This document shows positions 43,074-55,309 of a DNA stretch of 64,000 bases, one piece after another (position 1 is the stretch's first letter; each line of letters begins with the position of its first letter). The stretch lies in NCBI RefSeq assembly GCF_009914755.1, contig NC_060935.1; one strand, 5' to 3'. Source of the DNA: the human T2T-CHM13v2.0 reference genome, Homo sapiens. Position numbers and translations under genes: made by a program. The notes under the pieces were generated by a model. It saw nothing but the letters and a program-made list of their open reading frames with translations, searched no databases and was not told the DNA's origin.

Positions 43074-43143
43074 TGCTAAAGTTCATTTAGCTAGTGCTAA
43101 AGTTCATTTAGCTAGTGCTAAAGTTCATTTAGCTAGTGCTAAA
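43074..43143. repeat. Perfect 21-bp tandem repeat, 3.3 copies, inside a MIR fragment (~43030-43155)
   Basis: (TGCTAAAGTTCATTTAGCTAG)x3 + TGCTAAA; MIR motif GAGGAAACTGAG upstream. Confidence 0.95.
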
Positions 43144-43174
43144 ATTGGAATCCATTCTATTATCTATCATAAGA

Positions 43175-43472
43175 TTTTTTTTTTTTTTTTGAGACGGAGT
43201 TTTGCTTTTGTTGCTCAGGCTGGAGTGCAATGGTGCCGTCTCAGCCAGCCACAACCTCCGCCTCCCGGCTTCAAGCAATTCTCCTGCCTCAGCCTCCTGA
43301 GTCGCTGGGATTAGAGGCATGCACCACCACACCCAGCTAATTTTGTATTTTTAGTAGAGACGGGGTTTCTCCATGTTGGTCAGACTGGTCTCGAACTCCC
43401 GACCCCAGGTGATCTGCCCGCCTCAGCCTCCCAAAGTGCTGGGATTACAGGCGTGAGCCACCGAGCCTGGCC
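43175..43472 (-). mobile_element. AluSp
   Basis: GGGGTTTCTCCATGTTGGTCAG, GAACTCCCGACC. Confidence 0.95.
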
Positions 43473-43948
43473 AATTTCCTAGTTCTTATGCTTTTAACAA
43501 TACTACATTATTTTTTTAATCAGCAGAAGAGATCATGAATTAGCTTAGAGTTTTATTATTTAGGATTCGAGCTTCTTAGTCTTTCATATGTTTCAACTAA
43601 TTATTACCCCTTTTTCTTGGACGTGTCACCATAATCACATTTCTCAGTTTAAAATTGGGGAAGCTTTTTGTAGTGTCTACAATTTATTTTGAAATATATG
43701 ACTTACTACTTATTCAAGTTTTGTGTGGGCAATTTAGGTTAAGCGATAATCCAGAGCAGCTAATATGCTATAAAGAAAGCAGTATCCACAAGCAATCTGT
43801 CATCCATTTATCAATGAAAATCCAATGTTTTGCTAATTACTATAATGAATGCTCAAAAATGGATTTTAAACAGTAAAAATAATAGTTTTTTTGTTATGAT
43901 GAGAGTATTAGAAATGGAATACCTCTGGCAAAATTAAAGGTATGCAGG

Positions 43949-44058
43949 TTATTGTAGATTAGCTGAAAATAATTTGATAGTGTTTATTAGTTGTGTCTAT
44001 TTATCTATTATTGTAGATTGGCTGAAAATATTTTGAAGGTGTCTCCTAGTTTGTGTCT
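43949..44058. repeat. Diverged two-copy tandem duplication, period 59 bp
   Basis: TTATTGTAGATT(A/G)GCTGAAAATA at 43949 and 44008, each followed by TTGTGTCT. Confidence 0.85.
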
Positions 44059-44089
44059 CCTAACACAGGATAAGAATTCAGTAAACCTC

Positions 44090-44394
44090 TGCCGGGCGTG
44101 GTGGCTGAGGCCTGTAATCCCAGCACTTTGGGAGGCCGAGGCGGGTTAATAACGAGATCAGGAGATTGAGACCATCCTGGCTAACATAGTGAAACCCCGA
44201 CTCGATTAAAAGTACGAAAAATTAGCCGGGCGTGGTGGTGGGCGCCTGTAGTCCCAGCTACTCGGGAGGCAGAGGCAGGAGAATGGCGTGAACCCAGAGG
44301 CGGAGCTTGCAGTGAGCTGAGGTTGCGCCACTGCACTCTAGCCTGGGCAACAGAGCGAGACTCCGTCCAAAAAAAAGAAAAAAAAAAAAAAAAA
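44090..44394 (+). mobile_element. AluY
   Basis: TSD AAGAA(T/A)TCAGTAAACCTC. Confidence 0.96.
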
Positions 44395-46240
44395 AGAAAT
44401 CAGTAAACCTCCATTCTTTTACTCTCAAGGATGTATCACAACGTGTGATTCCTAACTAAACGTATTGTTCACCTGTGGAAGAGTCCTGTTTGCTAGATGC
44501 TAACTATACATCACAGAACATCGTCTATGGAGATTTGTTCCGTCTGCCACAGGAATAGAGCACCCGAAAGGACAAAATGAAGAGACTTCACCCAGCAGTT
44601 GGGTTAATATTTATTTTGTAAATGTTTGCTTTAATCAGACAATTTATTCTTTAGGCTTACACTTTTAACCTGGAGGTGTGGGGAGCATGGGTACACTTCA
44701 TTCACCTAAAATATTGTTGGTGCTTACTAATTATCTCTTGAAAATAACTTCATAGAAGTACAGACTCCAGTTGCCTTAAGGCAGTTTGCAACAGTTTGTG
44801 CAGTGACCCATACGACACTTTCAATATATTTAGAAGCAGGAAGCAAACGCTAAAAAGTCTTTTGGTTTTAGAGAGAAATTCATTTTTTTCTCGTGTTAAG
44901 CACCACAAAGTTTACTATTTAACTGTCAATTTTGTGTTTTCTTTTTCTTTTTTTCAAACCTTTTGTTTTTAATGGCACTCTCATTGGCATAATTCCCTAT
45001 TATACAGACACACTTATACCTCATAAAGCAATTTACTGACTGAAGGATTCCTTATCACTTCTGCTTCCTTACAGCAGGGCTGAAGTTTTCTAATTATGAC
45101 AACATGGAGAGGAAAAACATCTGTGCAGCCAATGTTGCACAGCAGCCTCTAGTAAGTGAAGAAAAGAGCCTTCAGATACTTTAAATATTTGAGGGATTTA
45201 ATGAAAGTTTGCTACTGATGTCTCCTTGAACAGTTTTTGGGAAGCCTGTGTGCATAACAAAATTAGTAGGAAATTAAGAAAAAGAAAAAAAGGAGCATTT
45301 ATTGCACAATGATTTTTAATAGCCATTTACAGCCCCATGAATAAGGTTTAATAGATGTTGTCAGAGATACCAGGAAATCCTTCCACTAAATTCTATAGGC
45401 TCAGCTTTTGATTCATAAAGACATTGCAAAATGTATTAGAATTAAGTCAGATTAGTGGACCAATATGCCTTAACTGACATCCTCAATGCATACATACGTC
45501 CATTGTTCCCTATATTACTTCAGAAAAGTCCTAAAATCATTATTATGAAATGCATCACCCTTAATGATGAAAGGTGAAAATTTGAACCAGCACCTTACTG
45601 GTTTCAAACTAAATTTATTCACTAACCCAGAACTGTAAATTGTCCCCTTTCTAGCTGGAGTCCTATCTCCCTAGCAATTCACTGTATTGATTTCTTAGTC
45701 ACAAAATCTGGTTGCATGAAACTGTGTGCACAGTGGCAACTGGCAGAGACACTACCACTGGCTATATTGTAATGAATACATCCTAAGCGACTATATTTTC
45801 TATGATACTAATAAGTGAGTTGCATAAATCAGCAAACGAGCAGGTGAATAATAATACCATCAACATTCTCTTTGATTAGTCTTGTGAGAGATAAAAAGCT
45901 TATCATTGTGGTAGAGCTTGGATTACCTTTCCAAATATTTTACCTTAAACTGTACTTGTACTCACTAAAACATACCCATTCCTACACATCAAATCCAGAC
46001 AGCCCCAAAATACATCTCTACAGTGTATTATTAGCTACTTGACATTTCCTTACACCAAAATACAGTCTGCTGCAAGTCTGGAAATTTCTCAGTAAAACAC
46101 AAATTATTTATAAGAAATGTTAAATAAAACTGTTCATATTGCTTAATCTAAAAATGACAATTTCTACATTTGTAGAACATACTGTAGAGCAAATCTACAA
46201 ATTAAAAATATGAGAGAAAACATATAAAATAGTCATAAAA

Positions 46241-46673
<433 letters not shown>

Positions 46674-46894
46674 TTAAAAAGAATATGTACATTAAATTCA
46701 TTGGATCCCGCTTGTAGTCATTCATATTTATTCTTGATTATTTATCAGGCATGAGTTTCCTACCAACTTCCAAGATGGTTCAATATTCCTTTTCTTTATC
46801 AGTATGCATGTGACATGATGGTACAGATATATTCTGAGCTTTTTCAGGTAAAAGAGTTATGATGACCAAATATAATAAAGTTTTAGCAGAAAGA

Positions 46895-47390
46895 ATAATG
46901 TGCTCAGTGTCAGAAGGCCTAGATTTAGGTCCTGAACTTTTCATTTTCTGTGTGTGTGAATGAATGGTGATGAGGGTGATCACTTTACTTATCTGAGCGT
47001 CAATTTTCTTGTTTGTTAGTTGTAAATGATGATGCTAAACTCATTTTTATGCAGAAAAAAATTATGTATGTCAAAATGCTTTGGAATTTGTAATATATAA
47101 ATATTATATATTACTATTGATTGTATTCTCCAGTCTCAGCATATATTGGAAAAGTTTAGAATAAATCAATGTCATTTAAGTCATATGTTGCATCAGATTT
47201 ATTTCAGGCCAATAGAAGTAATCACTGAGTGCTCCATATGTGCCACACACCAAGCTAAATAGTTTACATGGATGATCTTAGTCAAAACTCATTAAAAACC
47301 TTTAAGAAAAATATTATCATAATTCCATTTATATTAAGTCATAGCAAGCTTAATTAATTAACCCAAATGTTGAACTAACATATTAAAATA
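46895..47390. mobile_element. Two degenerate MIR fragments (plus ~46895-47090, minus ~47215-47390)
   Basis: CACTTTACTTATCTGAGCGTCAATTTTCTT; CTGAGTGCTCCATATGTGCCA. Confidence 0.5.
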
Positions 47391-47485
47391 AATTGAACCT
47401 TTTATTTATTTATTTATTTTGAGACGGAGTCTCAGGCTGAAGTGCAGTGGCATGATCTTGGCTCACTGCAAGCTCCACCTCCTGG

Positions 47486-48488
47486 TGAGAGGTGAAGCCA
47501 GCTGGACTTGCTGGGTGGAGTGGGGACTTGGAGAACTTTTCTGCCTAGCTAGAGGATTATAAACGCACCAATCAGCACTCTGTGTCTAGCTAAAGGATTG
47601 TAAATGCACCAATCAGCACTCTGTAAAAACACACCAATCAGCACTCTGTGTCTAGCTAAAGGATTGTAAATGCACCAATCAGCACTCTGTAAAACCACAC
47701 CAATTAGCACTTTGTGTCTAGCTAAAGGATTGTAAATGCACCAATCAGCACTCTGTAAAAACACACCAATCAGCACTCTGTGTCTAGCTAAAGGATTGTA
47801 AACACACCAATTAACACTCTGTAAAAATGTACCAATCAGCACTTTGTGTCTAGCTAAAGGACTGTAAACACACCAGTCAGCGCTCTGTAAAATGGACCAA
47901 TCAGCAGGATGTGGGCGGGGCCAAATAAGGGAATAAAAGCTGGCCACCCAAGCTAGCAGTGCAACCCCACCAGTCCCCCTCCACACTGTGGAGGCTTTGT
48001 TCTTTTACTCTTCACAATAAATCTTGCTGCTGCTCACTCTTTGGGTCTGCACTACCTTTATGAGCTGTAACACTCACCAGGAGGGTCTGTGGCTTCATTC
48101 CTGAAGTCAGCAAGACCAGGAACCCACCAGGAGGAACAAACAATATGGACATGCCACCTTTAAGAGCTGTAACACTCACCAAGGGGGTCTGCAGCTTCAT
48201 TCCTGAAGTCAGCAAGACCACGAACCCACCAGGAGGAATCAACAATATGGACGTGCCACCTTTAAGAGCTGTAACACTCACTGTGAAGATCTGCAGCTTC
48301 ACTCCTGAAGTCAGCGAGACCACGAACCCACTGAAAGGAAGAAACTCCAGACACATCTGAACATCTGAAGGAACAAACTTGGGACACACCATCTTTAAGA
48401 GCTGTAACACTCACCGCGAAAGTCTGTGGCTTCATTCTTGAAGTCAGCGAGACCAAGAACCCACCGGAAGGAATAAAGTCCAGACACA
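47486..48488 (+). mobile_element. LTR12 (ERV9, LTR12F-like) solo LTR
   Basis: TGAGAGGTGAAGCCAGCTGG...CAGACACA; 4-bp TSD CTGG; CACCAATCAGCACTCTG U3 repeats; four AGAGCTGTAACACTCAC-type U5 repeats. Confidence 0.95.
47565..47940 (+). promoter_or_regulatory. LTR12 U3 enhancer/promoter: about 10 CCAAT (NF-Y) boxes, GC box, TATA-like AATAAAA
   Basis: CCAAT repeats 47568-47901; GGGCGGGG 47913-47920; AATAAAA 47932-47938; poly-A signal at 48016. Activity not shown. Confidence 0.65.
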
Positions 48489-49801
48489 CTGGGTTCACGC
48501 CCTTCTCCTGCATCAGCCTCCCGAGTAGCTGGGAGTGCAGGTGCCTGCCACTACGCCAGGCTGGTTTTGTTTTTGTATTTTTAGTAGAGACGGGGTTGCA
48601 CCATGTTAGCCAGCATGGTCTTAATCTCCTTACCACGTGATCTGCCCACCTTGGCCTCCCAAAGTGCTGGGATTATAAGTATGAGCCACCCTGCCCAACC
48701 CTTATTTTTTTTATTTTTTATTTTTAAAAAAATATATATAGGCTAAGATGTTGACGTACTTTCACAGCCAGGTAAAAGGAAGTTAAATCTTTTATGTGTG
48801 GTAATGACTATCTTCAGAAATGAGACACTTTAGAAACACAAAATAAAAATAAAAATGATTTATTTAATGCAAAACATGCAAACAAATAAAAAGAGAATTC
48901 CAGTTTCTGATATTTAATTAGAAATGCAGTTATTGTAAAATCACGTCTCAGGGGTTGTATGGCCTTTAGAGGTTACTTGTCCAGTGCCTTCTGTTTTCAG
49001 CTCATAGCTCCATCACCTTTGAAACATTCTCCAGAAACAGGCTTCTAGATCACTCATTTTCAGCTGCTATGTTTCTCTCCACCATACGTGATAAGATATT
49101 CACAGGCATAATAAACACACATAGACTCAAGAGCTGAGGCAATGAAAAGAAAAAGTTATGAGTTATATGCAATTCTTGCCAAGATTATTAAAATACTCCT
49201 TTCACATCTAAATGATAGCTATATCTTTATATAAAAACACTATATTTCATTTATTTTAAAAAGGCTTCTGAATTTTAGTGATTCAAACTATAATTGTAGC
49301 AATTTCCCTCCAACACAGCAGTCTGTTATGATGCTAATTTTAAGAATCTCTGTCCCAGCCTACATGTCTGCAAGTCAAGTGTCAGGTTATGTTAGTTTGC
49401 TTTTGGTTCCAAGTGACACAGAGCTTCAATCAAACTCACATAGAAACAAACTGGAAATTTACTTGCTGATGTAGTCACTAAGTTCAGAGATATGGCTTAT
49501 TTCAGGTATTGTTTGATCCGGAGGTGCACCACGGCATCAGGCCTCCAGTTTCTTTCTTATGATATTCTTTCCTGTCTTTCCTCTTTACCCTCATCCTCAT
49601 ATTGCCTTCTCCTCGCACTCTGTAGCAAGCATGTTTTCAATAGTTTCAGACATTCTACTATCATACATATTGATCGTATTGTCATATTGATGAAAAAGTA
49701 GAGCACATTTGTCACAAAAGTTCCAGAACAGATCCTGAGACTGATTCTGTTACTTGCCAAACAAACATAAGCCAATAATTATACACATGAATGACGCTTA
49801 A

Positions 49802-50104
<303 letters not shown>

Positions 50105-50421
50105 GATTGCTTAATCTTGATTACATGTTTACACCTGGAGGAGTAAGTTGACATCCTGGTAACCACATAGACCTTCTCCAAAACTTAGAGGCTATTGGAA
50201 GAAGAAAAAGAAAGTCAGTGCTGGGAATATGAACAGAAAAGTCCACTCTTAAGAACTCCGTCTCTTGGAAAGAAAGTCTTTCTCTTTTAAGCAGCCTGAT
50301 ATAAAGTCCTTCTCTTCTTAAACTTAATTGTTTGCCCATGGATTGCACTCATTAGTTCATGTTTTGTCTCTGCAAATCCACAGAACAAGTTAAATCCTTG
50401 GTATACACTGAGTATGGTTGA

Positions 50422-50792
50422 TGGATTAGGCAATTTAAGCTACTATAATAAAATATCATAGAACAGGTAGGTTATACACATCAGAAATTTGTTTCTCACA
50501 GTTCCAGAGGCTGGAAGACCAAGATTAAGACATCAGCAGAGTCTGGTGTCTTAATCTGTCTGGTGAGGGACCCATTCCTCAAAGATAGTGCCTTCTCATT
50601 GTGACCTCACATGTTGGAAGGGGTAGCTAGCTCCCTGGAGTTTCCTTTATCAGGGAATTAATCCCAGTCATGAGGGTTTTACCCAAATGACCTAATTACC
50701 TCCCCAAAGCCCCACTTCCTAATACCATTATCTCAGGGGTTAGGATTTTAGCATGTGAATTTTGAGGGGACACAGATATTTACACCACAGTA
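50422..50792 (-). mobile_element. MLT1A0-like solo LTR
   Basis: GAAATTTGTTTCTCACAGTTCCAGAGGCTGGAAG...GAATTTTGAGGGGACACA. Confidence 0.85.
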
Positions 50793-52574
50793 GTTGTAAT
50801 TTACTAATAGGATATCTTACTCTCATAGTTTACTTTGTGAATAAACCTCCCTAGAATAGTAAAGGCTTAGCATCATGTATATTTGGTGCACTTAAATAAG
50901 AATATCCAAGGAAAATAAATAAAATAAATGCTATATGAATATTCCACTTATGTCCTTATTTCCAAGGAAAACTAGCAATTTATGAGGTCCTATCTTGACA
51001 TTACATAGAAAGAGTGTACTTACGAAATAAATATTAATCAAAATGCATTCAATATTCTCTAGCTTATGGGACAGATTATGTGACTAGGACCTTTATTTCT
51101 GGATTGGGAAAAGTAGACTTTAGCTTATTTAATGCCAGATTAATAGAGGCTCATTGGAGCAGATTAAGTCCTTGAACCTTGAGTACAATCATCTTAGGCC
51201 TTAGTTTTTCACAACAGGCAATCAGAGAAAGTGTTGTCAGTTCTCTCTTCAATTTATCGAAAGGCCTTTCCACTCTGCAAGAGTTTAGAGATGTAGCTAG
51301 ATCCTTACCTCTTTCTAGGACTACAAAATGACATTCCATTGCGGTTAATCTTTTAAGATTCCTTTATCACAGTTTAATCATTCTCTTAAAAGGGCTGTGC
51401 CTTTCTCACACGAGGTTCTGTCTCATTATTAATGGAAAGAAACTATATTTTCCTTTTCTGTGGTAGAAGAGGAATTGATCTTAAAGGAAGCAAGAAACAG
51501 AGTTAAAACTGAGGAGGCTCCTTAGAATGTTGCTATTAATTACATTGGATGTTAACCCCAGCAAAGTATTTAGAATTACACTAGTGATTTTTCTTCATCC
51601 CAAACTTGACAAATGAATTGATAGATGTGTCACAAAGAATTTCCTTCCTGGTTAACAGATGGCATGTTCCAATTAGATGTTAGAACATTTTGAATTGTGA
51701 TAGGGCTACTGGAAGGAAAATCTGTGGTGTCTCAACCATAAAAAAACTACTCTAAGTTCTTTTTTTGAATAAAATGCCCTTTTTCATTCCTACTATGGGT
51801 ATAACTAGCGATCAAACCTGTCCTTGCACGCACACAGAAACACATGCACACATATTTATACACACAAACTATATACTTTTAATTAAATTACTAACTCATG
51901 ATAGGACAGATTCATGTATTCCATTATATCAAACATGGCATTTACCAAGAACAACATTGAAAAATTAAATCATTTAATGACTTATCAGGGAAGGAAGAAA
52001 CAGTACAAAGGTGAGTTCTAGGTGTCTAAACTATCATCATTGGAAACATAAATGGACACCAAGATGACAACTTCACTTTTAAAAATTGTTAGTTCAACTC
52101 AGAATAGGCTGTTAATGGCATTGAGTTGGCAGTTTATTGTAATTAGATTAGAATACGCCTGTTTTTAAAAAGTATATAGCTGTAATTTTTGTATTGTCTA
52201 TTTTAAAATATTCATTTTTAAAAGACTAGTTAAGATTATTCTATCTTTATTGAATAAATAATTAAGGCAGATATTAAAGTTCCAGAGTCCTAAAAATGGT
52301 CTTTATTATTTCTTCCTAATAGGAACAGTGAAATATATATCGTAATGAAATAAATGTGTCAGACTCCTGACGAAATAACATTCTTTACATTTGTGAGTGC
52401 TTAAGACTCAGAATACACAATTTAGACACTTTACAACCACAAATCAGCATTTTGTCTAACAACATGAATTAAAAGGTGTTTACAAGAAACTGTTTTCAAT
52501 ATAGTGAAACTAAAGGTACACTACTGTGATTTTTAGCTAGCTAAAACAGAAAATAACTTCTCCTGTGAACTTAG

Positions 52575-52948
52575 TGTTATGAGTTGAATAATGTCCTACA
52601 AACAGACATATTGATGTCCTAATATCTAGTGCCTCAGAATATAATCATATTTGTAAATAAGGTAGTTGCAGATGTAATTAGTTAAGATGAGGTCATACTG
52701 GAACAGGATGAGCCCTTAATCCAATATGAATTGTCTCCTTATAAGACAATGTGAAGACATAGAGGGAGAATGTGATGACAGAGATTGGAATTTTAAAGCT
52801 GCAAGCTGACAAACTTCTTGGATTTTTGGTTACACCAGAGCTAGGAGAAAGGCATGAAAGAGAGTCTTTCCTAGACCCTGCAATAGAGTATGGCCCTTGC
52901 CACAGAGTTTATAGTAATTTGTTATGGCAGCCCTAGGAAACTAATGCA
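52575..52948 (+). mobile_element. MLT1C-like LTR
   Basis: TGTTATGAGTTGAAT...TTGCAGATGTAATTAGTTAAGATGAGGTCATACTGG...GCAGCCCTAGGAAACTAATGCA. Confidence 0.85.
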
Positions 52949-52974
52949 GATTTTAAAGCAATGGAAATTTGTCC

Positions 52975-53355
52975 TTGAGATTTGAATTCCAAAATCAAGT
53001 TCTCAATGGGGTCATCCTTTCTCCAAACCCTTTACGGAAGGGTCCTCCTTTTCCCCTTCCAGCTTCTGGTAGCCCAGACATTTCTTGGATTTGGCATCAT
53101 AACTCCAATCTCTGCCTCCATCTTCACGTAGTTATCTTTCCTCTTTGTCTTTGTGTCTTCATATGGTGTTCCCCCTGTGTCTGTTCTCATATGAGGACAC
53201 CAGTTACATTACATTAGGGCCCACCTTAGTTGAATATAAGCTTATTATAGTTTAATTCTATCTACAAAGACTACTTGCAGGGAAGCTCATATTCACAGAT
53301 TCCTAGGGTAGGACTTTGACATATATTTTTGTGGGCCAAAATTCAATCCATAACA
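52975..53355 (-). mobile_element. MLT1C-like LTR, opposite orientation
   Basis: CTTCCAGCTTCTGGT...ACTCCAATCTCTGCCTCCATCTTCAC...ATTCAATCCATAACA. Confidence 0.8.
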
Positions 53356-54367
53356 CATAAACAAAGAAAGGTAAGGTTAAAATAGAATTTTAGTATGTTA
53401 ACTTTTAGTTATCCATCTAATTTAACTGTATGCTCTTCACCACCTTCTTTAGATGGTAGCACAGTATAGAACCTAAATCATATCTCATAAAATATAAGAT
53501 TAAATTTCTATTGAAGCATAAGTTTATTTACCATTTGAAAGATAAAAAAGAGACACTGCCAGTTAAACTTTGATACAGTGTTTTCCCAGAATTTAAGTTC
53601 TATATTTATTAAAGCCTTTGTCTAGACTTAAGTAGTCATCATTTTTTATACATTACCTTTGAATAACATCAAAGGAAAATAAAAACAAAATAATTGGTTA
53701 CACAATTCTAAAACTTCTATACTCCCAGCACCTTATTTATTTGAATTAACTAAAGATTCAAATGCTTATTTTTTATATTTTTTTCACACAAAATAATTTT
53801 CTTGTTATCAAAAGTATTGGCAAGACAGCATCACTAACCTATTTCAGGACTTCTACTATACATCGGATCACCACCTCCCTTCCTATTTCCACAGCCCCAT
53901 TTAATGCCTGGCGTGACTCTGCAATTATCTTTCAATCCAGTGATAAGTATTCTTAAGTTTAATGCTGATACTGTCTGATGGCCAGGAATTCATGGAAAGT
54001 AACAACTACAATAGCAATTTTAAGACACCATCACATGAAGGAGGCATTCCAATTTCAGAGACTTTAGAAAGTGAAAATAAGAGTGTTCCTATGAAACAAA
54101 GAAATTAGGTTTATTAACATATATAGTGACCAAAAAAATCAGCATTTCAAGCAGTAATCTATTATTCAGATAATTATTCCACTTAGAAACTTTCCCAAAT
54201 ATTTAAACTTTGACCTGGTAGCTTTAATTTTTTTTTCTAATTCTGCAGCTTGCTATCTCACCAAAGCCACTTAATAGATTTTCTAAGATAAAGCCCTCCA
54301 AATATTTTAAACAACGTACTCAATGTCTACCCATCTACTCCCAAGAGTCTTCTGTCTGCTTAAGCAT

Positions 54368-54730
54368 ACTCATTTATTCAAAAACATTCATTGCATCATT
54401 TATTAAACAAGTATTTACTGAATGGGTCATACATTACAGGTACCATTTTAAACGTTGGGGAAGCAAGTCTTGACACAAGTGTGCCAGTGTGTGCACATGC
54501 ATACAAGCATGCAAGTAAGTGCTTACATGCACCTTTGCATCTCTTTGGAAGAACTGAGTTGACTGGTTATACTGATGATAGGGTTAGAAGGGATGGAAAG
54601 TTAAGGAAGACAGAGGACCAAGTTTAAAGTTCCTAAGACATGAAAATGTTTGGTGTTGTAGAAAACCAGATAGAAGGTCTATAGCACATTCTCACAAATT
54701 AGGATTTAATTCTAGACCAATAGGATGCCA
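54368..54730 (-). mobile_element. L2 3' end
   Basis: (CATT)n tail and AACAAGTATTTACTGAATG. Confidence 0.6.
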
Positions 54731-54807
54731 GCCACTATCGATAGATGTTAAGTATGTGACGTAACTTTAAATCAACTGCCTGTCCTGTCTTTATCCTGTA
54801 AAAGCTC

Positions 54808-55309
54808 TGTAACAGTGAAACAGTGAAAGAACTAACCATTATGTTACCTCCATTTTGGTTAATCGGCCTTTACCTATTCCTGCATGTAGGCTAGGGTAGT
54901 TTTAGAGAACTGAGATGATATGCAAAAACAGCAATCTTGTAGTTTTTAAAACTCACTCTGGGATTAAAGGGAAATTAGGTAAGCAACTAACTATGTTTTG
55001 TTAAAGATTTATAGGAGCATTGTGATCTGACCAAGGACAAAAGATTTCCCAATCTTTTCAGATGCTTGCTGGTGCCCAGATGTGGGCAGTTGTTGGTCAT
55101 CTCTTGACTGCAACTCTCTCTTCTTCCTCCTGCCCTTAACATAAAAAGAGCCTGAAATGTATATTGACCTAAGATGATATTGTAGGATGCTAGTTCACCA
55201 CCTTCTCATTTTTCCGGCTCTCTGAATAAAACTGCTTGTCTTCCCACCAACTCTTATCTCTTGTGCTTGGCTTTGAAGTGGCAAATCACAGAACCTAGGT
55301 TCAATTACA
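54808..55309 (+). mobile_element. ERV1 5' LTR (MER67/MER31-like) followed by a putative primer-binding site
   Basis: TGTAAC...TTACA termini, CTCCATTTTG, CATAAAA box, AATAAA; TGGCATACAACGTGGGAC at 55316 resembles the tRNA-Lys PBS TGGCGCCCAACGTGGGGC. Confidence 0.7.

Larger units (their letters stand above)
47400..48700 (-). mobile_element. AluY split by LTR12 (47400-47485 and 48489-48700)
   Basis: CACTGCAAGCTCCACCTCCTGG continues as CTGGGTTCACGCC after the LTR; (TTTA)n tail. Confidence 0.95.

Noticed and set aside
43074-43143. Palindromic 21-bp direct repeats resembling a CRISPR or operator array
   Set aside because: Units abut with no spacers, in primate DNA inside a MIR; it is a simple minisatellite.
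47549-47986. 145-aa ORF with repeated QSADWCIYNPLARHRVLIG units
   Set aside because: Antisense translation of the LTR12 U3 tandem repeats; no evidence of coding function.
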